Positions 32,052 through 42,189 of a stretch of 64,000 nt of DNA are shown one piece after another. The notes under the pieces are model-generated. The model was not told the origin of the DNA. It saw nothing but the letters and a program-made list of their open reading frames with translations, and made no database searches. Source of the stretch: Candidatus Bathyarchaeota archaeon (GTDB lineage: Archaea > Thermoproteota > Bathyarchaeia > TCS64). Position numbers and translations under genes: made by a program. Each line of letters starts with the position of its first letter. Within the stretch, counting starts at the first letter, position 1. The stretch covers positions 117-64,116 of the forward strand of contig JAGTQU010000001.1 in NCBI GenBank assembly GCA_018396695.1, read 5' to 3'.

Positions 32052-32958
32052 GGGCGAGTCCGACAATATCCTTCACACCTCTGAAGCCATTTTCTTCAAG
32101 GTATCTTCTGATCCCCTCATTTACTTCTTTGAATAGTTCGACTCCATGATCCATGAGTGCAGTACCTATCTGAATTGCTGAAGCCCCACACAATAGGAAT
32201 TCAACCGCGTCCCTCCAGTATGAGACTCCGCCGCAACCTATTATAGGGATCTCGATGTTTTCGAACAGTTCCCAGACGCATCTCAGGGCAACAGGTTTCA
32301 AAGCTGGTCCGGATAATCCACCAATAATATTCGACAGTATTGGTTTTCGCAGATCTATATCAACGGCTAGTGCTTTAAGAGTGTTAACCGCGGTTATCCC
32401 GTCGGCGCCATTCTCTTCGGCAATTTTAGCCCCTTCGACAATGTTCGCTACGTTAGGAGTTAGCTTTACGAATACTGGAAGACTGCTTGCTTCCCTAACC
32501 GCTTTCGTCACCTTTTCAAGGCTTTCGCGATCAGCTTCAAGCATGCATTTTTCTCTGCCGACGTTAGGGCAGCTACAGTTTATCTCAAGAGCGTCTGCTC
32601 CAGCGTCTGTTAAAATACTGGCTAGATACGTAAAATCTTCAATGGAGGCTGCGAAAAAGCTGGCTACGACTGGAATATTCTCAGCTTTAAGTCTTTTAAT
32701 CTCATCTCTAAAATATTCGGCACTTGGGTTTGGGAGGCCCATCGAGTTTATGACCCCTCCTTCCACAAATACGATGGTTGGGTTCGGGTGACCGTTTCTT
32801 GGCTGTCTACCTAGACTCTTCGTCACGACGGCTCCAGCTCCGCTTTCATAGAGTCTTTTGAGTTGATAGCTTGACATTCCAAGGACTCCTGCAGCGTTCA
32901 TTGTTGGGTTTCGAAGTCCAAGTCCTGCCAATTCGACTGCTAAGCTTAATTGGGACAT
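32041..32958 (-). CDS. pyrD: dihydroorotate dehydrogenase catalytic subunit (class 1B)
   Basis: 305 aa; NAAGV, NCSCPN, GGVSYWRDAVEFLLCGASAIQIGTA. Confidence 0.85.
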   Translation of the reverse strand: MSQLSLAVELAGLGLRNPTMNAAGVLGMSSYQLKRLYESGAGAVVTKSLGRQPRNGHPNPTIVFVEGGVINSMGLPNPSAEYFRDEIKRLKAENIPVVASFFAASIEDFTYLASILTDAGADALEINCSCPNVGREKCMLEADRESLEKVTKAVREASSLPVFVKLTPNVANIVEGAKIAEENGADGITAVNTLKALAVDIDLRKPILSNIIGGLSGPALKPVALRCVWELFENIEIPIIGCGGVSYWRDAVEFLLCGASAIQIGTALMDHGVELFKEVNEGIRRYLEENGFRGVKDIVGLAHET

Positions 32959-33018
32959 CCTACTTCATTTCTCTTAGATTGATTTAGATAAACTTTCGTC
33001 AAAGAGGAGAGATAGATC

Positions 33019-34167
33019 GTGTCAAGAGAGGTCGGAAGGTTATACTTGCTCGAGTCTATTCTCGGGGTTTTCGGCATAAACGCTAAAAATGAAATCTTGG
33101 TGGAGATCTTTTATCCATGGGATCCTACCCGCATCGCAGATGCTTTAACTAAGCAAGCGAAAGGAGAAATAACAGAGGAGGTCAGAAAAGCCGTCGAAAA
33201 ATCAGGCAAGATCGGTTTTACCGAGCTAGTTTTTTCCAACAGGAATCTGGCTCTAACAGTGAAAAATAGAATGGGATTAGATGTGCAGACGGAGGAAGAA
33301 AATCCAGCATTAAGCTTCCTAGCATCTAGTTTCGAGGAAATAGCTAGACGCCAAGGAAAGGACACCGCCCAGTTTTATGAACTAAATCACCAAGTATCCC
33401 TTCTTTTAGCAAGAGGAGCTGTAAGCGAATCAATTTCAAAGAGGGAATCTCTCATAATACAAGCTGTACATCTTCTAAATGAGTTGGATAAATCCCTTAA
33501 CTCACTTTCATCAGTCTTGAAAGAATGGTATGGACTCCATTTTCCGGAATTAAACAGATTGATAGATGATAACCGAACCTACGCACTAGTTGTAAAAGCT
33601 TTCGGAGGTAAAATGCATATAGACTCCAAGAAGCTTGCCGAAATTGGGGTTCAGCAAGCTGAGAGGATTCTTCGAGCTTCTAAAGAGTCGATGGGAACCA
33701 CTTTAAGTGACATGGATCTTCATCCTATCAGACAACTCTCAGAGCACCTTCTGACGCTACATGATTATCGTAAGGATCTTGAGGATTATATTGCAAGCCT
33801 GGTGATGGAGGTATCGCCAAATCTCAGCGAGGTGGCTGGGCCTTTGCTAGCTGCGAAACTTCTTGAAAAGGCGAAGGGATTAAGAAAACTGTCGGTTATG
33901 CCCTCTAGTAGAATCCAGCTCCTAGGCGCCGAAAAAGCAATGTTCAGGGCTCTGAAAACAGGTTCAAAGCCTCCGAAACATGGCTTAGTCTTTCAGCATC
34001 AGCTAGTTCATAACTCTCCTAAAAAGTTTAGAGGTCGCGTAGCTCGTCTCCTCTCTGCAAAAATATCCTTGGCGGCTAGAGCGGATTACTTTTCAGGGAG
34101 ATCTATAATTCCTCAATTGAAGGAGGAGTTGGCTAAAATTACTGAGGCTATAAAGAAGACAAGATAG
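33019..34167 (+). CDS. C/D box sRNP protein Nop5 (Nop56/58 homologue)
   Basis: 382 aa; Nop domain (LLGAEKAMFRALKTG...HGLVFQH..V...P...RGRVARLLSAKISLAARADYF). Confidence 0.85.
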   Translation: MSREVGRLYLLESILGVFGINAKNEILVEIFYPWDPTRIADALTKQAKGEITEEVRKAVEKSGKIGFTELVFSNRNLALTVKNRMGLDVQTEEENPALSFLASSFEEIARRQGKDTAQFYELNHQVSLLLARGAVSESISKRESLIIQAVHLLNELDKSLNSLSSVLKEWYGLHFPELNRLIDDNRTYALVVKAFGGKMHIDSKKLAEIGVQQAERILRASKESMGTTLSDMDLHPIRQLSEHLLTLHDYRKDLEDYIASLVMEVSPNLSEVAGPLLAAKLLEKAKGLRKLSVMPSSRIQLLGAEKAMFRALKTGSKPPKHGLVFQHQLVHNSPKKFRGRVARLLSAKISLAARADYFSGRSIIPQLKEELAKITEAIKKTR

Positions 34168-34189
34168 TTGCCCTGACTTTTCAATCTAG

Positions 34190-34466
34190 CTAACTTTTCG
34201 GCTTAGATAGAGTTATTTCGATTGTGGAGACGTTTTTCGCCTCGTTTCCTTCACCAATCTTCTCCGTGCCTATGGATATGTTAATTTACAGCGGCTTCTG
34301 TCACAAAGTTTCTCCTCGTTAGCTCTACAATATCAACAGCATTGCTTATGGCTCTCCCTCTCGCAAGAATCTTCACCTCATCAGCCTTTTCGAAGGCGGT
34401 GATGATTGCTGTCACATAAGACATGATCGGCTTAGAGCCTATGTATACAGTTTCGATGCTCGACAT
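34190..34466 (-). pseudogene. albA: Alba chromatin protein with an apparent +1 frameshift (may be a sequencing indel rather than true inactivation)
   Basis: Residues 1-60 ([12 protein letters not shown]...[20 protein letters not shown]) read in one frame ending at TAA 34281-34283; conserved C-terminus [26 protein letters not shown] continues in the +1 frame to TAG 34190-34192. Confidence 0.6.
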
Positions 34467-34604
34467 ATCCGGCTTTTTATGTTTTTAAATATTAAAATCT
34501 AACTGTTTGCTGTCGAGTTAATCCGTTATAGAACTATATTAAGAAACTACAATAACGTGAAAGATTTAATACTAGATTTGTAATACATTTTAGAGGTGTC
34601 TTAA

Positions 34605-34865
34605 TTGGGCGAATACAATCTGATGACTCTCTCCGAGACTTTACAACAAAGACAGGGAAGGAGAGACTGCCCTTACATTCATGAATGCGAGATCCAAGTG
34701 ACGAAGGACTATTTTACACGTGTTTGTAACTCGGCTTTGTATATTAACTGTCATAATTTTGCTAAGATAGTTGGAGAACTTAGGACCCCCATGTCGTGGC
34801 TTCAAAAGTTGGCTGTTGATCAGGAGAGATTAAACGCCCAAGATGCCGAGGATAATAAAATATAG
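34605..34865 (+). CDS. hypothetical Cys-containing small protein
   Basis: 86 aa between Alba and fibrillarin; CPYIHECE...C...C. Confidence 0.35.
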   Translation: MGEYNLMTLSETLQQRQGRRDCPYIHECEIQVTKDYFTRVCNSALYINCHNFAKIVGELRTPMSWLQKLAVDQERLNAQDAEDNKI

Positions 34866-34895
34866 TAACTCCTTAACTACTCCTAAGAGTATGGC

Positions 34896-35579
34896 ATGAG
34901 CGTATTAGAGAGGTTTCCTAGAGTATTTGAGATAGACCTAAAGGATAGAAAGATTATAGCAACATTAAACCTCACGCCTGGAGCAACCTTTTATGGCGAA
35001 CAGTTGATCAATATCGGCGATGGAGAATACAGGGTTTGGAATCCTTATCGTAGTAAATTAGCAGCCGCGATCTTGAAGGGGTTGAAGAATTTCACTATAA
35101 ATTATGGCTGCAAGGTTCTATATCTAGGCGTAGCGTCAGGGACAACTTGTTCGCATATCTCCGATATCGTAGGCGAAGAAGGACATATCTGGGGGGTTGA
35201 CTTTGCTCCTCGCCCTCTTAGAGAGCTTATAGAGAACCTCTCTAAAATACGAGTGAACGTTTCACCCGTTTTCGGAGATGCGAGGCATCCAGAAAGATAT
35301 TCGCATCTTGTTCCAAAAGTAGATGTTCTTTATGCTGATTTAGCTCAGCCTGATCAGGCGAATCTTGTTGTTAAGAATGCGAAAATCTACTTGGCGAAGA
35401 GGGGATGGGTTCTTGTAGCCATTAAATCTAGGAGCGTTGATGCGACCCGTAAGCCTGAAGAGATATATTCCGAACAAGCTGAGATTTTAAAAAAGCATGG
35501 TTTTTCAATTCTCGAGCTAATTAACCTCGAACCTTACGAAAAAGACCATGCGATGATAATCGCTAGATTTGATGCCTAA
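34896..35579 (+). CDS. flpA: fibrillarin rRNA/tRNA 2'-O-methyltransferase
   Basis: 227 aa; VLYLGVASGTTCSHISDIVG SAM motif, classic fibrillarin layout; linked to nop5. Confidence 0.9.
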   Translation: MSVLERFPRVFEIDLKDRKIIATLNLTPGATFYGEQLINIGDGEYRVWNPYRSKLAAAILKGLKNFTINYGCKVLYLGVASGTTCSHISDIVGEEGHIWGVDFAPRPLRELIENLSKIRVNVSPVFGDARHPERYSHLVPKVDVLYADLAQPDQANLVVKNAKIYLAKRGWVLVAIKSRSVDATRKPEEIYSEQAEILKKHGFSILELINLEPYEKDHAMIIARFDA

Positions 35580-35583
35580 TCGC

Positions 35584-36219
35584 TTAAAATTGGAGCTTCT
35601 TTAACGTCTTCCATGAATGCCTAATGAATCTTGAATCCTTCTTCCCGCATCTAAGCCACTCTACTAGAAATGAAACTGTTTTTTTATCGCTTGGATATCC
35701 TGAGCCAAAGTCTCCATACTTTTCTCTAAGCTCCGCAACTCTTCGATCTCTTCGAACTTTCGCTAGTATCGAGGCTGCTGAGACGATTGGATACTTCTCA
35801 TCAGCTTTATGTTCACAGATCAGTTCAGGTCGATTCCTTAAAACTCTTAGAATCTGCGTTGAGAAGCGGTGAGGAGATACATCAGAGGGGTCTACATAGG
35901 CTATATCTGGCTCTAAGTCTCTTATGATCTTCGCCATAGCCATAGCTTCAAGATAATTCAAACGATGGAATCTAACTCCTCGAAAGACGACTTCATCGAT
36001 TACCATGGGGTCCAACTCGAAGTAAAAAATCTTATTTGATATCTTTTCTATCTCCTTCGACAATATTTCGCGCCTAAAAGCGGTGAGCTTTTTGGAATCT
36101 CGAACGCTTAACTGTTTTAGTTCTTCCATCTTAATGTCTAAAATGGATATACCTGCCACTACTAGTGGTCCTATTATGCAGCCTCTTCCAGCCTCATCAA
36201 TCCCTGCTATGGTCTTCAT
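35584..36219 (-). CDS. rnhB: ribonuclease HII
   Basis: N-terminal GIDEAGRGCIIGPLVVAG, DSK motif. Confidence 0.85.
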   Translation of the reverse strand: MKTIAGIDEAGRGCIIGPLVVAGISILDIKMEELKQLSVRDSKKLTAFRREILSKEIEKISNKIFYFELDPMVIDEVVFRGVRFHRLNYLEAMAMAKIIRDLEPDIAYVDPSDVSPHRFSTQILRVLRNRPELICEHKADEKYPIVSAASILAKVRRDRRVAELREKYGDFGSGYPSDKKTVSFLVEWLRCGKKDSRFIRHSWKTLKKLQF

Positions 36220-36235
36220 TCTTCTTCAACTATTC

Positions 36236-36763
36236 CTAGAGTATTCTAAGTAGCCTGGTCATCTTGAAAAAGATTAGTCCAGGCATTTGATTACGATTAA
36301 CAACGTCAACTGTATATAGTATACCTTTCTCTTTATATTTTTCAATGTAATTCCTATGGACTACTGCCAGCAACGGCTTTCTGCCTGTGAGTAATCCGTT
36401 AACCTTCTGCTCAAAAGCCTTTGAGAATAATTCCATCCGTCCGATCTCGTCTATGCCTATGACATCACATTCTTTCTCAGCATAATCTAAAGCAGGAATT
36501 GCTACCGATTCAAATCGATCAAGATCTATAAAGTACTTGCCAACCCTATACACCGATACTATATCGACTCCTGCCATTATTTTCTGTGCCCCTGAAGCGA
36601 TGTCCCTGACGTAGAACCCTACTCTCTCCCCCGTTATCCTAAGCTCGGGCGTATAGATGCCTCCAACCTTGAAGTCTTGACTGCTAATCATTTCTAGGAT
36701 TTTCATGAAGACTGTAGATTTACCTGAGCCAGGTGAACCTGTTAGAAAAAACTTGGACTCCAT
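36236..36763 (-). CDS. nucleoside-triphosphatase (THEP1-like)
   Basis: 175 aa; Walker A GSPGSGKST, Walker B VIGIDEIG. Confidence 0.7.
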   Translation of the reverse strand: MESKFFLTGSPGSGKSTVFMKILEMISSQDFKVGGIYTPELRITGERVGFYVRDIASGAQKIMAGVDIVSVYRVGKYFIDLDRFESVAIPALDYAEKECDVIGIDEIGRMELFSKAFEQKVNGLLTGRKPLLAVVHRNYIEKYKEKGILYTVDVVNRNQMPGLIFFKMTRLLRIL

Positions 36764-36819
36764 GAAAACACAGCTAAATTAACTCTCTATAACGCTCAAT
36801 ATATTTTCTCACATTCTTT

Positions 36820-37385
36820 TCAGTCTTTAAACTTCTCAAGCATTGTATACCTCGCCTTCACTCCTAACTCAAGATTATGCGAGGCTAAATAGATATCATC
36901 TAGGTCTCCAAAATCTCTAGGCTTGAAGAGGTATCCATTCCAACCATTTTGAATCAGTTCAGGGCACCCGCATCCGCTAACGGCAACTGGAACTGATCCT
37001 GTGACTATAGTCTTTTGAAGCGATGTTGAAAGCCTTTCTCCAGTTGAAGTCAGCAAGATATCACATACTTGATGAAACATCACCGCATCTCTGACTTCGC
37101 CTAAAAGCTTGATGTTTCTCAAATTCCACTTCTCAGCCAGATTAAGTTTTGGAAAGATAGAGCCTTCACCAACGATCAGGAAATAGGCTTCAAGTGAAGT
37201 GTTTATCCTTGATGTTGAGTTGATAAGTTCTTTTCTGGAACAATTCTTCCAAGCACGCCGATCACTATCATATTCTTCGGTATACCTACCCTCTCTTTCA
37301 AAGATTTTTTTTGTCTATAGATGGATGAAAATTTTCCACGTCTATCCCTTGGTATATGACCTCGATCTTCTGTTCTTCTACACAT
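36820..37385 (-). pseudogene. glycosyltransferase family 1 (GT-B) gene remnant, frameshifted into at least two pieces
   Basis: 36820-37122 carries C-terminal GT-B region (PELIQNGWNGYLF); 37203-37385 in another frame carries IGVLGRIVPEKN; N-terminal domain region 37385-37900 broken. Confidence 0.5.
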
Positions 37386-37894
37386 AAACTAAGATACTTT
37401 TAATGAACTCTGAAACCGCGACTATCTTGTCTCCCCCGTTAAACGCTTGTTTAAGGAATGGTCCGAGTATCCTGCGTTCCAATTAGAGTGTAATCGCTAC
37501 AATGGCATGTTACAACTAGATGAGTATCTTTATGAGTTACTGAGCATAAGAATCCTATCGGTAAAGCGAAATGTGCATGAATCAACTCGATTTTCTCTCT
37601 GCATATTTTCAAGTAGGCTGAAAGAGTATCCAGGGAAGTTCAGGTAATCTTCTCAAAGGAAGATACTTCAATGTATTGTTTGGAATAGTCTCCAACCTTT
37701 TTGATGACATGTAAGCGAATTGTTCAACATCGATGTTTCTTATCTTACCTCTTGTCAAGCCGCTTCTAGCAGTTAGAACCTTAAACCTAATCCCTAATGA
37801 AGATGGTCTCTCGCTTTGATCATAGACAAATATGAAGTAGACTGTTAAAAGATTAGATAGGGTTTACTGTCAAGCTCGTTATATCCTTCCTAAA

Positions 37895-38338
37895 GTGAAA
37901 GATATTTACGACTTGGATAGAGAGCCATGCTTCCTATCGAATCCTGTCATCTTGCCTAAGGATAGACCAAAGAAGTCTTCAGAGCCTATAATATGTTTTC
38001 TAGGGCAGATTCGACAGAAAAAAAGACCTGAGCCCTTTATCGAACTTGCTAAGAGGTTCCCTGAAATAAAATTTGTCTTTATAGGTGCCGCCATGACACG
38101 AGGGGGAGATGTCTACCTCAGAAAAAATTAAAGATCCCTAACCTCGATTTGACTGGTTTTAAGATTGGCGCAGAAAAGGATCAGATACTGGACACATCTT
38201 GGATACTAATTGACACGAGTGTGAGTGTCTTCCAATATCCTTTTTTAGAGGCGGCAGCCCATAGGTGTGCTATTATAAGTTTTCATTATCTGGATGGGTT
38301 CTCGATCAATTTCGGGCTATCACGCTAAAGATAGGAAC
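37895..38338 (+). pseudogene. glycosyltransferase family 1 C-terminal-domain fragment, frameshifted at an A6 run
   Basis: ICFLGQIRQKKRPEPFIELAKRFPEIKFVFIG then, after frameshift at 38122-38127, ...SWILIDTS...FLEAAAHRCAIIS; no N-terminal GT domain upstream. Confidence 0.5.
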
Positions 38339-38478
38339 CTAGATAGGGGGCTTCTACACCTTTAGGAGGGAAGATAGCTTGAGGGAGGATGGTAGAAAGC
38401 ATATGAATATGTATCTAAGGTTCATGAAGTCGGTATAGATGCTCATCTACAGGTTTACAAAGAGGTTTTAGAAAGCGG

Positions 38479-39618
38479 CTAGATAACCCCCTCTCCCTGG
38501 AGCTCTTCTATATCTCTATCCGTCAATCCTAAAAGTTTTTTATAAACATCATAGTTGTGTTGACCGAGGCTTGGGGCAGGGATTGAGAGGTTTCCCTTGG
38601 TCTCAGAGAACTTGATTGGAAAACCTGGAAGGGTTATTTCACCTAATACTGGATGATTGATCTTTACGAACATCTCCCTAGCCCTTGCCTGCTCATTCGT
38701 GGAAACTTGATCGAGATCATGTACGGGTGAGACGGGTATTCCTGATTTAGAAAGAATTTCATCGACCTCGTGGACAGTTCGCTTCCCCACCCATTCAGCC
38801 ACCTTCTCCCATGTGAGTTCCTCAATACCTAGGAGCTGTTTGAACCATTCTGTGATCCTGCCTGGAGGTAAACTGAACATGATGTATCCATCTATCGCCT
38901 TATGGCATCCTGAAACTCCTACGCCATAAGATGACAAAGCTTTGCTGAATGTTGTTTTACCTAGATGCCAGAATGAAAGGCTTTGAAAAACTGCTATCAT
39001 TGCATCCATCTGGGCAACATCTATCATTTGACCTTTACCCGTTTTCGATCTGTTGATGAGGGCAGACAGAATACCTATGAGCGCGGTGAAGCCGGGGATA
39101 GTATCCGCGATCGCTTCAGGAGCTTGAAGAGGTGGGCCATCTGGATCTATGCTATCCTTCATCAACCACATATATCCACTAGCTGCTTGAGCGATAGGGT
39201 CGAAGCTTCTACGGTTAGCCCAGGGTCCTGTTTGACCGAAACCAGATATAGATGCTTGAATTATTCTCGGGTTCAGTTCTTTAAGGGTCTCCCATCCAAG
39301 ACCCAGCTCCTCCATCGTTCCTGGGGAAAAATTTTCTACTATCACATCGGATATCTTCACTAGTTTCTTGAAGACCTCTAAACCTTTAAGGCTCTTCAAG
39401 TTTAGAGTAACCCCTTTCTTGACACGGTTAATGAATGTAAAATATGGGCTAACTCCATTTATGAGGGGTGGAAAGAATCTAGTCATTTCTCCCCATGGTG
39501 GCTCAATCTTGATGACTTCAGCCCCCATCGCCGCCATATACATAGTACATATTGGTCCTGCATGGGCGTGAGTTAAATCAAGTACTCTTATCCCTTCTAA
39601 TGCTCCCATTAGGCTCAA
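38479..39618 (-). CDS. CoA-transferase family III protein (CaiB/BaiF-like)
   Basis: 379 aa; N-terminal GIRVLDLTHAHAGPICTMYMAAMGAEVIKIEPP. Confidence 0.8.
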   Translation of the reverse strand: MSLMGALEGIRVLDLTHAHAGPICTMYMAAMGAEVIKIEPPWGEMTRFFPPLINGVSPYFTFINRVKKGVTLNLKSLKGLEVFKKLVKISDVIVENFSPGTMEELGLGWETLKELNPRIIQASISGFGQTGPWANRRSFDPIAQAASGYMWLMKDSIDPDGPPLQAPEAIADTIPGFTALIGILSALINRSKTGKGQMIDVAQMDAMIAVFQSLSFWHLGKTTFSKALSSYGVGVSGCHKAIDGYIMFSLPPGRITEWFKQLLGIEELTWEKVAEWVGKRTVHEVDEILSKSGIPVSPVHDLDQVSTNEQARAREMFVKINHPVLGEITLPGFPIKFSETKGNLSIPAPSLGQHNYDVYKKLLGLTDRDIEELQGEGVI

Positions 39619-39719
39619 CTCTAAAGTGTCTCATCTTTTAAAATATAATGTTTTATGGGTTGATTAGAATGCGAAGTTAAATTCTTCAAAGAACTTTTGA
39701 ATCAGGCTATGAGCCTTTC

Positions 39720-40301
39720 TTACTCGAAAAAGTACTTAAGCAGATCATCCCGAGACATAGGATACTCAATTCTAGAGATACGTTTCCTCAAACTTTCGTT
39801 TATAGTTGGTATTCCTTCGAGGTTTAGAAGATATCGTTTAACTTCAAGCCCTAAGCCATATCCTCCGAGGGTTCCATCTGAACGTATAACCCTATGACAG
39901 GGAATTATAATCGGCAGAGGATTATCTCCGACGGCATTGCCAGCAGCCCTGACGGCTCTAGGTCTACCAATATCCTCAGCGAGCGCTTTATATGTTGAGA
40001 GTCTCCCATAAGGTATTCTGAATACGGCTTTCCAGATGGCTAATTGAAAATCTGTACCTCTTAGATCTAAAGGTAAATTGAAACTAGTCGGAGTTCCTTT
40101 AAAATATCTTTCGAACATCTCTTCAAGAGCGTGAAACTCTTTTCTTTTATATTCGGATTTTACCTTGTTATCAGACTCAAGGATTTTTAGAAATGATTCT
40201 TCTGTTTTATTCAATTCTATTTTGTAGATCCCTTTATCTGTTCCTGCTACCCAGATGATGCCAAGTGGCGACTGTATGTCTGCATAATATATTTGCTCCA
40301 T
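39720..40301 (-). CDS. ogt: methylated-DNA--protein-cysteine methyltransferase
   Basis: Active-site IPCHRVIRSDGTLGGY. Confidence 0.8.
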   Translation of the reverse strand: MEQIYYADIQSPLGIIWVAGTDKGIYKIELNKTEESFLKILESDNKVKSEYKRKEFHALEEMFERYFKGTPTSFNLPLDLRGTDFQLAIWKAVFRIPYGRLSTYKALAEDIGRPRAVRAAGNAVGDNPLPIIIPCHRVIRSDGTLGGYGLGLEVKRYLLNLEGIPTINESLRKRISRIEYPMSRDDLLKYFFE

Positions 40302-40529
40302 GTCTTTAACAACCAGCTTTTGTCCTCTTTCTAATCAGTTAGATAAGCACTATAATAGCATTGACCTTTTGCATTTACAAATGCGTTTGCTAAATGTTAA
40401 AATTCTCACAAATTTAAAATTTTGAAACAAAAATATGGGAAAATTAAAACTTTCAGCAGAAACAAACCATTCAAGAGTGCTTTACCCGGAAAAAATAACG
40501 ATAAAAACTAGGAATTAATAAATGAGGAT

Positions 40530-40724
40530 TTACTCTTCAACTGTTATCGCTTGAGCTGGACAAGAGTTGACGCAAGCTAAGCACATTATGCAATCTTGTG
40601 CACGTGTTGGTTGAGATTTCTTCTTCCCGTTGATTTCAACTATGTCATATACGTTCATTGGACAAACCTCAGCACATACACCAGCGCCTTCGCATTTATC
40701 TAGATCGACTATTACCTTTGGCAT
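40530..40724 (-). CDS. 4Fe-4S ferredoxin
   Basis: 64 aa; CEGAGVCAEVCP and CIMCLACVNSCP clusters. Confidence 0.8.
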   Translation of the reverse strand: MPKVIVDLDKCEGAGVCAEVCPMNVYDIVEINGKKKSQPTRAQDCIMCLACVNSCPAQAITVEE

Positions 40725-41200
40725 TTACACACATCCTGAAACTTTTATCTTAAAAATTCCATGTTTGTTATGTTTAAACTTTTCTTCAAATACTTGATGA
40801 AAACGATATATTTCTAAAAATGATCGACATGGAGGAGAGGAATCTCAATTTTATTTTAAACAACTTGACTTATTTCTTTTACGCATCAACTCTAGAATAT
40901 TGGGTTAAAGGCGAGTTTTTCAGATTTTGCCTCTTTGTATATTACTAAAAAGATATAACATTTACATGTTTTTATATAGATTAACTTTGCGCGAATATGT
41001 TAGGAACAAATAATATTATTATTTAATAATAGAAAAAGATACTGTGTGTAGACGCTCTCAGATTGAAAAAATCTGGTATTATGATTTTAAGGACTTGAAT
41101 AAACATCTGAGAAGAGTACTTTTCTCACCTCTTAACAGTTTTTAAGAATTGAGTTGTGCTAACCCTAGGATCTTATGAGATTTGACTAGTTAATATTTTT

Positions 41201-41407
41201 TCATGAATGCGTAGTCTCTCCATAATCTCGAGCTATGCCTATTGCAAACATAAATTCGACTCCCAGAATTAGGGATGTCATTATTATTTTATCAGAGAAG
41301 GAAAAGTCCTCTACTATCCATAACAAAAAAAGGAAAAATCCGATTAGAAGAGGAAAGAGTGACTCACCGCTATTCTCAAAAAAATTAACTTTAGAATCGT
41401 TTTTCAT
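41201..41407 (-). CDS. doubtful small membrane ORF inside a long non-coding region
   Basis: 68 aa, hydrophobic; AT-rich context, may be spurious. Confidence 0.2.
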   Translation of the reverse strand: MKNDSKVNFFENSGESLFPLLIGFFLFLLWIVEDFSFSDKIIMTSLILGVEFMFAIGIARDYGETTHS

Positions 41408-42189
41408 GAAAAATATAAATCTGTTCGACTAGTTATGAATTTTCTCGATCACTATAATATAATATCCTTCTATTTTTTACTAGTTCGGAGGAATTTCCTG
41501 TTGAGAAAAACTCTTCAATATGAGAATCGAACCCACGTTTGAAAGACTCAGCATCTTCTGTGTTTCGCACCAAAAGACAGATTCACGATGAGATGGAAAA
41601 CTGGAACATCTTTTTAAAGTGCTGCCGACCTTAAAGATTGTGAAGCCTTGCTTTTATGGACTAAAGAGACCTATGATAAGAGAGATAAACGCTGAACCGG
41701 ATGCTGAAGAAGGATATCTTAACCCCATAAGACTCATGAAATAATAGTCGAAGATGATGCTAGTTCCAGATCGCAAAGCTTCAAAGCAGTTGCATTCTTC
41801 GAGGCAAGGAGGAAACAACTGTTATCGTAACAAACTGATCACGGATGAAAGAGGAGCAGGGACTTTGATCGGATATGAAATGAATCATGCGCAAAACTAT
41901 GTGAATCAGGTTGTCCTATAGTTTAAAGCTAAACTTGAGAAAGATGATACAAATAGTTTAAGGCTCCTTTTTAGGACAGAAAAATCTCTTGAAAGATTTA
42001 CGTTAAAAAAGGATTACTCCAAAACCTTTGGCAGTTTACATCCGTATTCGCATTTTTAATTATCCTCTTATGAGAAGTATGGTTTCTTCAGGTGAGAGGT
42101 ATCGATTTTCATTGGTCTCCCACTAATTCACAGAGACATTTTTATGTGAAGTCGGCATTATTTTTAATGAACATTTTAGAGGCTTTTAT

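Noticed and set aside
41500-41585. Possible complete tRNA (with or without intron) around the T-arm-like motif
   Set aside because: No compatible acceptor stem or anticodon arm could be folded by hand. It is kept only as a fragment within the non-coding-region finding.
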